From a virus, in IMG/VR virus record IMGVR_UViG_3300024991_000250: a stretch of 64,000 nucleotides of DNA, one strand, 5' to 3'. Shown here piece by piece: positions 55,940 through 64,000 of the stretch. The notes under the pieces were generated by a model, which saw only the letters and a program-made list of their open reading frames with translations, searched no databases and was not told the DNA's origin. The position numbers and the translations under genes are program-made. The stretch's first letter is position 1; every line of letters begins with the position of its first letter.

Positions 55940-56129
55940 GGGAAGTGTCCTTTTCGCCGGCCCCTTCGGCCGGCTCGTTCTGTTGCTCCGGCCGGATGGC
56001 GCCATGCCCCTTGCCGACCACCAGGTCGGCATAGGCATCGGCCAGGATCGGCGTTTCGCCCTTGGCGAAATGCCGTCTTTTGCCGTTGGGATAGCCGGTA
56101 AACCCGACGGCAATTTCGACGCGTTTCAT
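55914..56129 (-). CDS. Small hypothetical protein (copy 2)
   Basis: Identical to 9156-9371. Confidence 0.55.
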   Translation of the reverse strand: MKRVEIAVGFTGYPNGKRRHFAKGETPILADAYADLVVGKGHGAIRPEQQNEPAEGAGEKDTSHENEQPQD

Positions 56130-56134
56130 GGCCG

Positions 56135-57061
56135 TCAGGCCACTTCGCGGGTGATCATCAGCGTGCAGTCATCAGCCCCAAGCAGGCCGCGATAGGGGAT
56201 CGACACCATGATGTCGTCGTCATTGCCCCCAGCCGTGACATTCCCATCGCCAAGCCGCAGCTTGTCGATGTCGAACTGGTACTTGTCGCCGCTGGCATTG
56301 CCGACCTGCAGCGTCAGGTCGGCAAGGCCATGGTCGAGGCAGGCCTGGTACAGTGCCTTGCTCTGGAAATAGCATTCCAGCGTGCCGCTCACGTCGAACC
56401 GGCCGGCCCCGAACTCATGGCTGAACTTGGTGCCGACCGCAGGGCGGGTGCGCAGATTGTTGCTGATCTCCAGCGTCAGGCTGCGCACCACCGGGGCCGG
56501 CGTGATGCTGCCGATCGACAGGGCCGCCACATTGGCCGAGGCGGTCGAGACCGGCGTGTCGGTCGGGTCGAGATAGGTCGCACCCGCAACAATCGCTTCC
56601 GCCACCGTTTCTGCGCGGCCCATAATGCCGAACGAGCCGGTAATGGCCGCGCGCGCGCCGATCGACAGCGACATCGTATTGATCATGCAGCCGGCGAAAC
56701 GGCGAAACACATCGGTCGCGCCCATCTCATAGGTTTCTTCGAAGGTGAAGGATTTTGGCGTGATGCCGTTCTTCAGCACATCATTGTCCCAGGCGCCGAA
56801 CATCAGCCCCTCGAGCAGAAAGTCGAAGGTGCCATAGGTCAGCTCGAAATCGTAGGAGCCGGTCACGTCCTGGCCCAGTTCGAATTCGTCGCGCACATTG
56901 CGGTCGGCCTGGCGCTCATTGCTGGTGCCGGTCGATTTCTGCGTGCGCAGACCGCCATTGCTGCTGCGGATGGTCTGGAAGGCCGGCGTGGCCGGGGTAA
57001 CACCGAAGGCGGTTTCGGCAATGGCAGCAACGCGCACACCGCTTCCCGACGCAAAAGCCAT
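56135..57061 (-). CDS. Major tail tube protein (copy 2)
   Basis: Identical to 9377-10303. Confidence 0.85.
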   Translation of the reverse strand: MAFASGSGVRVAAIAETAFGVTPATPAFQTIRSSNGGLRTQKSTGTSNERQADRNVRDEFELGQDVTGSYDFELTYGTFDFLLEGLMFGAWDNDVLKNGITPKSFTFEETYEMGATDVFRRFAGCMINTMSLSIGARAAITGSFGIMGRAETVAEAIVAGATYLDPTDTPVSTASANVAALSIGSITPAPVVRSLTLEISNNLRTRPAVGTKFSHEFGAGRFDVSGTLECYFQSKALYQACLDHGLADLTLQVGNASGDKYQFDIDKLRLGDGNVTAGGNDDDIMVSIPYRGLLGADDCTLMITREVA

Positions 57062-57093
57062 GTCAATTCTCCTGAGATGAAGGGTTTGCCGGC

Positions 57094-57504
57094 TCAGCCG
57101 GTGATGTCGAACCTGTAAGGAACCGCAATCGCCACCACGAAATAAAGGCCATTGCTGTTGCCGCTATCGGCGGAGCTGGGAGCGAAGGTCTCGACCCCGT
57201 CGAAGTGTTTGCCGCGAAAATGGCTGGCAAGGCTGTCAGCCCAGGCGCGCGCCTCCTCGGTGCCGCTGCCACGCTGGACATGCAGCACCAGCCGCGCCGC
57301 TCCCTCTTCGCGATAGATATTGTTGCCCGGCGCCCCGAACGACGCGCGGACCGATTCCGAGAACGGAAACTGCATCACCATGTATGGCGAGCCATCGGCC
57401 GGCACCTGGCCACCTGTATTCTCGTCGATGATCGGGCAGAGGCCGATCTGCGCCCACGAACTGAGCCTGGCCGCAAAGGCGGCCACCACGGCAGCTTGCG
57501 CCAT
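57094..57504 (-). CDS. Tail terminator-like protein (copy 2)
   Basis: Identical to 10336-10746. Confidence 0.7.
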   Translation of the reverse strand: MAQAAVVAAFAARLSSWAQIGLCPIIDENTGGQVPADGSPYMVMQFPFSESVRASFGAPGNNIYREEGAARLVLHVQRGSGTEEARAWADSLASHFRGKHFDGVETFAPSSADSGNSNGLYFVVAIAVPYRFDITG

Positions 57505-57506
57505 CC

Positions 57507-58106
57507 CTACCTCCCCAGCCGCACGATAATCGCCGGCTGCCGCTCGGCCGACTTGTTGGACCGGCTTCCGGCAACCGTCCGATAGCCGAACAGCACCCGC
57601 GCAACATTGCCGAACCGCCGCGCGGCCACCACGGCCACGGCCTGATAGACGCCATCGGGTGCCTGATCGGACAGCCCGGCTTCGATCTTGCGGGCATAGG
57701 GCAGCATGTTGACGAAGATATACTCCGCCGCATCCGGGATCTTGCTGGTCACTTCAGTGCCATCGGCAAACATCACATGATTGCGCGCATAGGCGCCGGT
57801 CAGGACCGGCGATGTCAGCACCAGCTGCCGGCCGATCCACTCGAGCGCGTCATTGACCAGGTCGAACTCGGCCACGATCACGCCATCCGGCCGCACGCTG
57901 GTCAGTGCGGCCGCACGCCGCCCATCGACGAACACTTCCCGATGCACCGCCGTGCCGAGCGCCGCCCGGTTCTGCCGATCGGCCTCGGCAATCTGCTCGC
58001 CGGCATAGTCTGCCAGCGCCCGGCTGCGCGCCTCCGGCGACAGGTCTTGGGCAACGATGAAAGCGATGTCGCGCGCAATCGGCTCGACCTTGGTCGAAAC
58101 TCTCAT
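57507..58106 (-). CDS. Tail completion protein (copy 2)
   Basis: Identical to 10749-11348. Confidence 0.7.
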   Translation of the reverse strand: MRVSTKVEPIARDIAFIVAQDLSPEARSRALADYAGEQIAEADRQNRAALGTAVHREVFVDGRRAAALTSVRPDGVIVAEFDLVNDALEWIGRQLVLTSPVLTGAYARNHVMFADGTEVTSKIPDAAEYIFVNMLPYARKIEAGLSDQAPDGVYQAVAVVAARRFGNVARVLFGYRTVAGSRSNKSAERQPAIIVRLGR

Positions 58107-58429
58107 CCGCGCACCTGCATATTGAGCCGCACCAGCACGTCGGCCACATAGACCAGCTCGACATTCTCCACATGACGGCGCCGGCCGAACATCACCACGA
58201 AATCGCCCCGATGCGGCGGCTCCGCTGCAAATGCCGAGCCGACAAGACCACTGGGCGAAATCACCACCTGACTATCGCCCTGCATGATCCCCTCGCTGAT
58301 CTCGTCCGGCTTGTACTGGCGCGGGAACCCCCGTACCTCGTGCGGCACCCCGCCACGCTCAATCCGCACCGCGCTGCCATGACGGTCAATCTGCCGATCC
58401 AGCATCCCGATCGCTTGGTCGGGGGTCAT
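58103..58429 (-). CDS. Head closure protein (copy 2)
   Basis: Identical to 11345-11671. Confidence 0.65.
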   Translation of the reverse strand: MTPDQAIGMLDRQIDRHGSAVRIERGGVPHEVRGFPRQYKPDEISEGIMQGDSQVVISPSGLVGSAFAAEPPHRGDFVVMFGRRRHVENVELVYVADVLVRLNMQVRG

Positions 58430-59028
58430 ATCCAGTACACCCTAAGCGGCTGCAGCAGCATGTCGGTTGCAGCCTTCACCGCTTGGGTGGCCGCCTCGGA
58501 CACCGTGTAAACCGTAGAGCCGACGCCCTCGACATCCTCCTGGCGAAGATAGAGGCTTTGCGCGCCCATGGCCTTGAGCTGCTGCACACCAATGATCACG
58601 GCCTGCTTTGCGTTCGCCGGAACATCTTCGGCTGCATAACCAGCCTTATAGGTGATCGTCACCGCATCGGCCGAGCATTCGGTTTGAGGCAGCGCAAAAC
58701 CGGTTCCGAACTGGCACCGGTTTCCACCCGACAGGCGATAGTGGCTCTCATCCACCACCTGCTCGACACCATCTGCGTCTCGATAGACGACGCTGACAAT
58801 ATCGATGACTGGCTCATAGGGCAGTCGAATGACGCGTGAGAACCGAGGCAGCGAATACTCCAGCTCCTGCTCGCCCAGCGACCGCCCCAGCCATCCGGTC
58901 GGTCCATCAATCCCAGCCTGCACGGCGGCGATCAGCGCAATCACCCCTGCGTGGGATGCGCCTTGCTCGCTGGGGACATCGTCAGACGTGACAATAGGTG
59001 CGGGACCGGAGAGGCGACGAACGGCCAT
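58426..59028 (-). CDS. Head-tail connector (copy 2)
   Basis: Identical to 11668-12270. Confidence 0.8.
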   Translation of the reverse strand: MAVRRLSGPAPIVTSDDVPSEQGASHAGVIALIAAVQAGIDGPTGWLGRSLGEQELEYSLPRFSRVIRLPYEPVIDIVSVVYRDADGVEQVVDESHYRLSGGNRCQFGTGFALPQTECSADAVTITYKAGYAAEDVPANAKQAVIIGVQQLKAMGAQSLYLRQEDVEGVGSTVYTVSEAATQAVKAATDMLLQPLRVYWI

Positions 59029-59030
59029 AA

Positions 59031-59525
59031 TTAAGCAGCGGCCTTAAGCGCGGCCAATATGCCAGCCACATCGGTAGCGGAAGAGATGTCGATGGACTTT
59101 TTCGCAGCAAAAGCCTTGAGCTCGTCCACCGTCATGTCGTCAAGGTGCTTTTCCTTCATATCGGCAGCTATCAGGGTAGCGATCACATCACCCTTGTTGC
59201 GGGCCGCAGAAACATCCACCCCTCGCTTGGCGGCCAGAGCGTCAAGCTGCGGGCGGGTAAGCGCACCAAGCTCCGCTGCAACATTGCTGTCCGCCGCCGA
59301 AATGTCGTCCCCCACGGGATCATCATTGGACGCATCAACTACAACCGCCACGCCACGCTGCAGCCAGCGATTCATGAAGGCCTGAAGCCATTCGTCGGTC
59401 GGATCCTGCTGCAGGCCGAGTTTTTCGCGGACATCTTCGCTGGCGAGAATGGAACCGGCCTCAAAGGTCGGGCCCTTGCCAGGCGCGGCTTCATAAATCT
59501 GGGTAGAAAGGAACCGGATGCGCAT
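59031..59525 (-). CDS. HeH-repeat hypothetical protein (copy 2)
   Basis: Identical to 12273-12767. Confidence 0.6.
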   Translation of the reverse strand: MRIRFLSTQIYEAAPGKGPTFEAGSILASEDVREKLGLQQDPTDEWLQAFMNRWLQRGVAVVVDASNDDPVGDDISAADSNVAAELGALTRPQLDALAAKRGVDVSAARNKGDVIATLIAADMKEKHLDDMTVDELKAFAAKKSIDISSATDVAGILAALKAAA

Positions 59526-59579
59526 GGCGCCAACCTCAATGAATGAGAAAAGGGAAAGCGGGGCCGGAGCCCCGCCCTA

Positions 59580-60092
59580 TCAGTCGACGATCGCGCTTGC
59601 GGCAGCAGCGCCAGCGAACTTGGCGCCGCGCAGGATGTAGAGTGCGGCGATCAGCTGCGAGCCCGCAGAACCAGTATCAGGAACCTGGAGCTGAATGCAG
59701 TCGAAGCCATTGTTGACGTCGAGATCTTCAGCATCGAACTCGATCAGGAACAGCCCCTGAGCCTCAGCACTGGCCGCGTCGGTATAGGTATTGGCCGCAG
59801 CCTGCGTGACGGTCGTGAAAGTGCCGATACCAGTCTGGACACCAACCTTGGCGTCGATGCGGGTAAAGTTCAGCGCCTTGGCATCGGTGCCCGACACATC
59901 CTTGGCCTGACGCACTGTGATAACCGGGTCATCGCCGGCCACACCGGCCGCCTTCATCAGCACGATGGTGCAGCGCTCGTAATTCTTGAGCGACACCCAA
60001 TCGCCATTGTTGGCAGCAGCCTGAGAATCGACCGGGACGATTGCCGTCACGATCTGCGTATCCTCCGCGAGGAGGTTGTTGAGGTAACCCAT
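59580..60092 (-). CDS. Capsid-associated protein (copy 2)
   Basis: Identical to 12822-13334. Confidence 0.55.
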   Translation of the reverse strand: MGYLNNLLAEDTQIVTAIVPVDSQAAANNGDWVSLKNYERCTIVLMKAAGVAGDDPVITVRQAKDVSGTDAKALNFTRIDAKVGVQTGIGTFTTVTQAAANTYTDAASAEAQGLFLIEFDAEDLDVNNGFDCIQLQVPDTGSAGSQLIAALYILRGAKFAGAAAASAIVD

Positions 60093-60167
60093 GATGGAAA
60101 ACTCCAAGCGCCCATTAGGCGAGGGTGAAAGGGGAGACGCGCCGATTCATCCCGGCGCGCTGATCGC

Positions 60168-61652
60168 TTAGCGGGAAGCGAGGGTGATGTAAGGCGACTG
60201 GGCGTTCGCGCCGTCGCGCTGCGCGATAGCCGACGGCCACCACGGCTGGCCGGCAACCCGCATGGTGAAGCGAAACGCCACCATGTCCTGGTCGAACCAG
60301 AGATGGATCGACACATCGGACTTGATGCCGTTGGCATCGCGGCCGCCGCCGGTCTTGGTGACCGTCAGATACTGGGCGAGGTCAACCAGCATCACATCGC
60401 CAAGATCGCCGATGGTTTCCGCAACCTGATGCGGGATCACCGGACGGCCCCAGAGGGTGCCATACATGTTGCCGGAGACGCCGCCGGGAGGCAGATAGAC
60501 CGGCTGGTTGGCCAGGCTCATCAGCGGCAGGGTAGCTTCGACGTCCGGGTGCATCAGCCACACCGCAGTGCGGCGCGAGGACACGGGCAGACGGCCCCAC
60601 ATCTTCGCCAGATTGGTCACATTGACGGTGTCGGCCGTCTGGCCGGCCTCGGCGGCAACGGTCACCAGAGCGGGCGAATTGAGGAACCCGAGCGGCATGC
60701 CAACGCCAGTACCGCGCACGATCGCGTCGGATACCTTGAAGTCCATCTTTTCCGGAGCTTTCCGGTTCAGATAGGCGCCCATTGCAGGCGCATCTTCAAG
60801 CAGTTCTTCGGTGACCGGCACGAGAGTGGCCAGAGTGTGCAGCTTCAGCGTGGTTTCGCCGAGAGCAGGCTTGCTCTGCTGCTTCACACCAGCTTCGGCC
60901 GTCCAGTAGGACTGGATGCCGCCGGAGGTCTGCCAGGGAGTGGTCGAGTCTGTCGGCAGCGTGATCGTGTTCGAGCTCGACTGCAGACGATCGGTCATGG
61001 CCAGAAGGCTGTCTTCATTGAAGACCGGAGCCAAGATTTCGGTGCGGAAGTCGGCCGGAACTGCGAAACCGCCGTCGGCACCAGTGCCTTCATTGCCATA
61101 GGTCGATACCGCAGCATTACGCAGACGGGGGTCCATGTCGCCACCACGCTGGGACGCCTGGCGAACTGCATTGGCGAATTCGCCGAGGTGACGGAAGCCA
61201 TTGGTGCCGCGAGCAGTAGCCGCCGGCTGAGCCGGAACAGGGCGCGCGGTGCCACGCGTAGCCGCATTGCTCGGCCGCTGCCCAGCGGAATTGTTCGGCT
61301 GGTCGACAGTGTCCGCATTGTCGTCGGGATCGGTCTGACGGCCACGCGGAGCAGTCAGCATCGCATTCTGGGTGTTGACGCGATTGCGCAGTTCGATCTG
61401 GCGCTCGAGGTCGTCGAACTCGTTGGTCAGACCTTCGATTTCGGTCTGCTCCTGGTTGGTCAGATCGCGGCTTTCGCTTTCCGCCCGGGCCAGAATAGCC
61501 TGGGACGATTCCATCAGCGCCTGCTGACGATCGCGATGCGCATCAATGGTCGCGTCGGTCGGGCCATCGGCAAACATGCCGAAGCCGTAGGGAAGTGCGC
61601 CAATGGCCAGCACGGCCAAGACGCTGGACGGCACCGTGAAGTGCTTACCCAT
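60168..61652 (-). CDS. HK97-fold major capsid protein (copy 2)
   Basis: Identical to 13410-14894. Confidence 0.95.
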   Translation of the reverse strand: MGKHFTVPSSVLAVLAIGALPYGFGMFADGPTDATIDAHRDRQQALMESSQAILARAESESRDLTNQEQTEIEGLTNEFDDLERQIELRNRVNTQNAMLTAPRGRQTDPDDNADTVDQPNNSAGQRPSNAATRGTARPVPAQPAATARGTNGFRHLGEFANAVRQASQRGGDMDPRLRNAAVSTYGNEGTGADGGFAVPADFRTEILAPVFNEDSLLAMTDRLQSSSNTITLPTDSTTPWQTSGGIQSYWTAEAGVKQQSKPALGETTLKLHTLATLVPVTEELLEDAPAMGAYLNRKAPEKMDFKVSDAIVRGTGVGMPLGFLNSPALVTVAAEAGQTADTVNVTNLAKMWGRLPVSSRRTAVWLMHPDVEATLPLMSLANQPVYLPPGGVSGNMYGTLWGRPVIPHQVAETIGDLGDVMLVDLAQYLTVTKTGGGRDANGIKSDVSIHLWFDQDMVAFRFTMRVAGQPWWPSAIAQRDGANAQSPYITLASR

Positions 61653-61751
61653 GTCTATACTCCTAAGAAAATGGCCCGCCGAAGCGAGCCGTTGGCCGTG
61701 GCCGGTTGGCCACCTCACTGCCGGCACCGTGCCAGCAGAATCTCTATGTGA

Positions 61752-62483
61752 TCAGGCGGCTTTGCCTGCCTGATGCTTGAGCTTCATCGTCGCGATCCGT
61801 GACCGCGCCGCATCCATGTTGGGCGTCCCGGCCAAAGCTGCCGGCGCCTTGTTGAACCGATGCTTTGCCGGGTCGAAACGCGCTGCGAGCCGCATATTGT
61901 CGGCCACATCAGTCGCAAAACCATTGTCAACGGCTTCCTGCGCAGTGAACCAGGTCTCGACGTCCATCCAGTTCTTGATCTCAGCCTCGGTCTTGCCGGT
62001 GCGGGCGATGTAGACGTCACGGATGCTCTGTGTGGTGCGATCGAGCAGCCCAGCCATGGTCCGCATGTCCTCGCTGTCGCCCATGGCGAAGCCCCAGGCA
62101 TTGTGGATCATCAGGAAGCCGGATTCGCTGATGTGGATTTCCTCACCGGCCATGGCGATTACCGACGCAATCGAAGCGGCAAGGCCGTCGATATGCACGA
62201 TGACCTTTGCCTTGTGGTCGACGAGAAGCCGGTAAATCGTCAGGCCATCAAAGACATCACCGCCAGGGCTGTTGATGCGCAGGCGGATCGTATCGACGTT
62301 CCCGGCCGCCTTCAGATCATCAGCAAACTGCTTCGCCGTGACGCCGCCGAACCATGAATCTCCGACATCGCCGTAGAGCATGATTTCGGCTTCTTTGCCC
62401 TTGGCCTTGATACTGAAACCGCTTGGCACTTTCGTGCCAGCGTCATTCAGAACGAGGCTGAGCGCGGTTGAGGACGATGCCAT
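61752..62483 (-). CDS. ClpP-type prohead protease (copy 2)
   Basis: Identical to 14994-15725. Confidence 0.92.
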   Translation of the reverse strand: MASSSTALSLVLNDAGTKVPSGFSIKAKGKEAEIMLYGDVGDSWFGGVTAKQFADDLKAAGNVDTIRLRINSPGGDVFDGLTIYRLLVDHKAKVIVHIDGLAASIASVIAMAGEEIHISESGFLMIHNAWGFAMGDSEDMRTMAGLLDRTTQSIRDVYIARTGKTEAEIKNWMDVETWFTAQEAVDNGFATDVADNMRLAARFDPAKHRFNKAPAALAGTPNMDAARSRIATMKLKHQAGKAA

Positions 62484-63744
62484 GCGGAACTCCATTGGCT
62501 TGCGGCTGCGGGCTTGTGTCGGAGTGGTCGGTCGGCTGGTCTGTGCTGGTGGTGGCTGGGTCTTCGCCACGGATGAGACGCCCCAACACCTGAACCTGCT
62601 GGGAAACGAGGCTGACATCGCCGTCGGGGCCAATGCCGTTCATGTCCTCGAGCGCCAGAATGCGGTTCAGCGGGACGCCCAGATCGAGCAAGCCCTTGTA
62701 GAATTTCATGCGGCTGTCATTGTCGCCGCGCATCAGCGCCTGCACCGAAACCTTCGTGTACAGTCCCTGACGATTGGCGCCGAAAAGCTTGTAATCGGCT
62801 TCCTGCTCGAAAACTCTGATCCAAGGCGTGATGCTGTCGACGACGACTTCGATCGACTGGTGTTCGATGTTCGAGAAGGTCGAGCGCAACAGGTGCATGA
62901 CTTTGTGTGGGGGCACCCCGAACCAGCGGCAGATCTCTTCGACCTGATGCTGGCGAGTTTCGATGAACTGAGACTTGTTCGCCTCCAGCGTCAGCGGCTT
63001 GAAGTCCATGTCAGCATCGAGAATAACCGTCCGGTCGCCCTTGGGTCCACTATATAGCCGCTTGAAGCTGGCCTTGAGCTCTTCGAGCGCCGGAACTGAC
63101 AGTGCCTTCTTCGTCGTGACTACCCCACTGGGGTTCATTCCCTGGCCAAAGAACGTTGAGCCGAAAACTTCCGTCGCCTTTGCCCAGCCAATCGACTGTG
63201 CAGCATACGAGATCACGCTGTAGCCAACAGGGCCATCACCGAGACCGCGGACATGAAACATGTCTTCGGCGTTCAGGATGGTCGACCCTGCCCGGCCGGT
63301 GACCTCATACTGAAGCGCCCCATCTTCTGCGCGAAGCACCGTCACCCGATCGGGATGGATCGGCCAAAGCGCATACGGCATGTTTCGATTGTCGCGCTCG
63401 ATTTCTGCATACGCGTTGCCGCGCAACAGGATATTCATCAGCATCGACTGGCGCCAAGAGAACGCGCTCATATCTGGGCACGGCCGGGTGTTCAGCAGCC
63501 GGTCAACCTGATGGCCAGAAGAGACGACCGCATTGCCGTTCGCGTCCTTGGTCATAACGTGCCAAGGCAGTTGCGCTACCGTCCGGGTTAGGTACTGAAC
63601 GCAAGCCCATACCGTCGCATTCTTCAGGGCATTGTCGGCATCGACATAGATGCCTGCATCCGTCTTGCCCAGCGAGTAGACGCGGGTTTCCGAGGGGCGA
63701 TCCCAGCCTGTGATGCGGTTGAGGACACGACCGAACCAATTCAT
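62443..63744 (-). CDS. Portal protein (copy 2)
   Basis: Identical to 15685-16986. Confidence 0.95.
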   Translation of the reverse strand: MNWFGRVLNRITGWDRPSETRVYSLGKTDAGIYVDADNALKNATVWACVQYLTRTVAQLPWHVMTKDANGNAVVSSGHQVDRLLNTRPCPDMSAFSWRQSMLMNILLRGNAYAEIERDNRNMPYALWPIHPDRVTVLRAEDGALQYEVTGRAGSTILNAEDMFHVRGLGDGPVGYSVISYAAQSIGWAKATEVFGSTFFGQGMNPSGVVTTKKALSVPALEELKASFKRLYSGPKGDRTVILDADMDFKPLTLEANKSQFIETRQHQVEEICRWFGVPPHKVMHLLRSTFSNIEHQSIEVVVDSITPWIRVFEQEADYKLFGANRQGLYTKVSVQALMRGDNDSRMKFYKGLLDLGVPLNRILALEDMNGIGPDGDVSLVSQQVQVLGRLIRGEDPATTSTDQPTDHSDTSPQPQANGVPHGIVLNRAQPRSE

Positions 63745-64000
63745 TGCGCCTCCTCAGCAGCTCTTTGCAAGGCAAGCTGCTCGTAAACAGACACGCCGCC
63801 ACCCATTGCTTCCGGGTTCCGGCTCATCAACTGGGCCGCATTAAAAACCGCAATCAGCGGATCGATCTTGGCCTTGCCGGCCGCCTGCTTGGTGATCAGC
63901 ACCGCATTACCGCGCTGCTCGGTCTTGGCATTGCCGACAGCCCAGGCCATCAGCTTCTGACCGCAATGCCAGAACGTCCCATCCTTGAGCTTCCGCTCGA
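63741..64000 (-). CDS. terL: Terminase large subunit, 3' end (copy 2, cut by window edge)
   Basis: Identical to 16983-17242. Confidence 0.9.
   Translation of the reverse strand, partial: ERKLKDGTFWHCGQKLMAWAVGNAKTEQRGNAVLITKQAAGKAKIDPLIAVFNAAQLMSRNPEAMGGGVSVYEQLALQRAAEEAQ

Larger units (their letters stand above)
46759..64000. repeat. Copy 2 of the 17,242-bp direct repeat
   Basis: Identical ORF set to 1-17242 at offset 46758. Confidence 0.97.

Noticed and set aside
1-64000. CRISPR array or anti-CRISPR locus
   Set aside because: No regularly spaced short repeats; small genes cannot be called Acr from sequence alone

Overview
The window contains only phage DNA: about 1.37 head-to-tail copies of a 46,758-bp temperate siphovirus with an HK97-type head, probably from an alphaproteobacterial (Hyphomicrobiales-like) host. 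Positions 1-17242 recur at 46759-64000. A reassembled attP is present: the 3' half of tRNA-Asp(GTC) at 36799-36847, with arm-type repeats on both sides. The DNA is therefore an excised circle or concatemer, a tandem lysogen, or a circular-assembly overrun. Recognisable modules are packaging/head/tail, a P4/D5-type primase plus helicase, an SNF2-methyltransferase fusion, a cI/cro switch with operators, xis/int, a LexA-boxed accessory region and lysis genes. The most unusual signal is architectural. Five probable antisense accessory genes (two membrane proteins, one lipoprotein, two small soluble proteins) each lie inside an uninterrupted ORF on the operon strand. Each of these bridge ORFs has a start that overlaps the upstream gene's stop and a stop that overlaps the downstream gene's start. 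With them, cro to helicase is one 11.85-kb chain with 17 consecutive overlapping junctions. Other notable items: a repressor without an autocleavage domain together with a LexA box at a divergent pair of small genes (antirepressor candidates), a standalone RegA/PrrA-like HTH, a pseudo-receiver FixJ-like regulator, a classical C2H2 zinc finger, nine exact 22-aa repeats in a tail protein, and a DUF4214-like motif in the tape measure. Family assignments come from motif recognition by eye, not from database searches.
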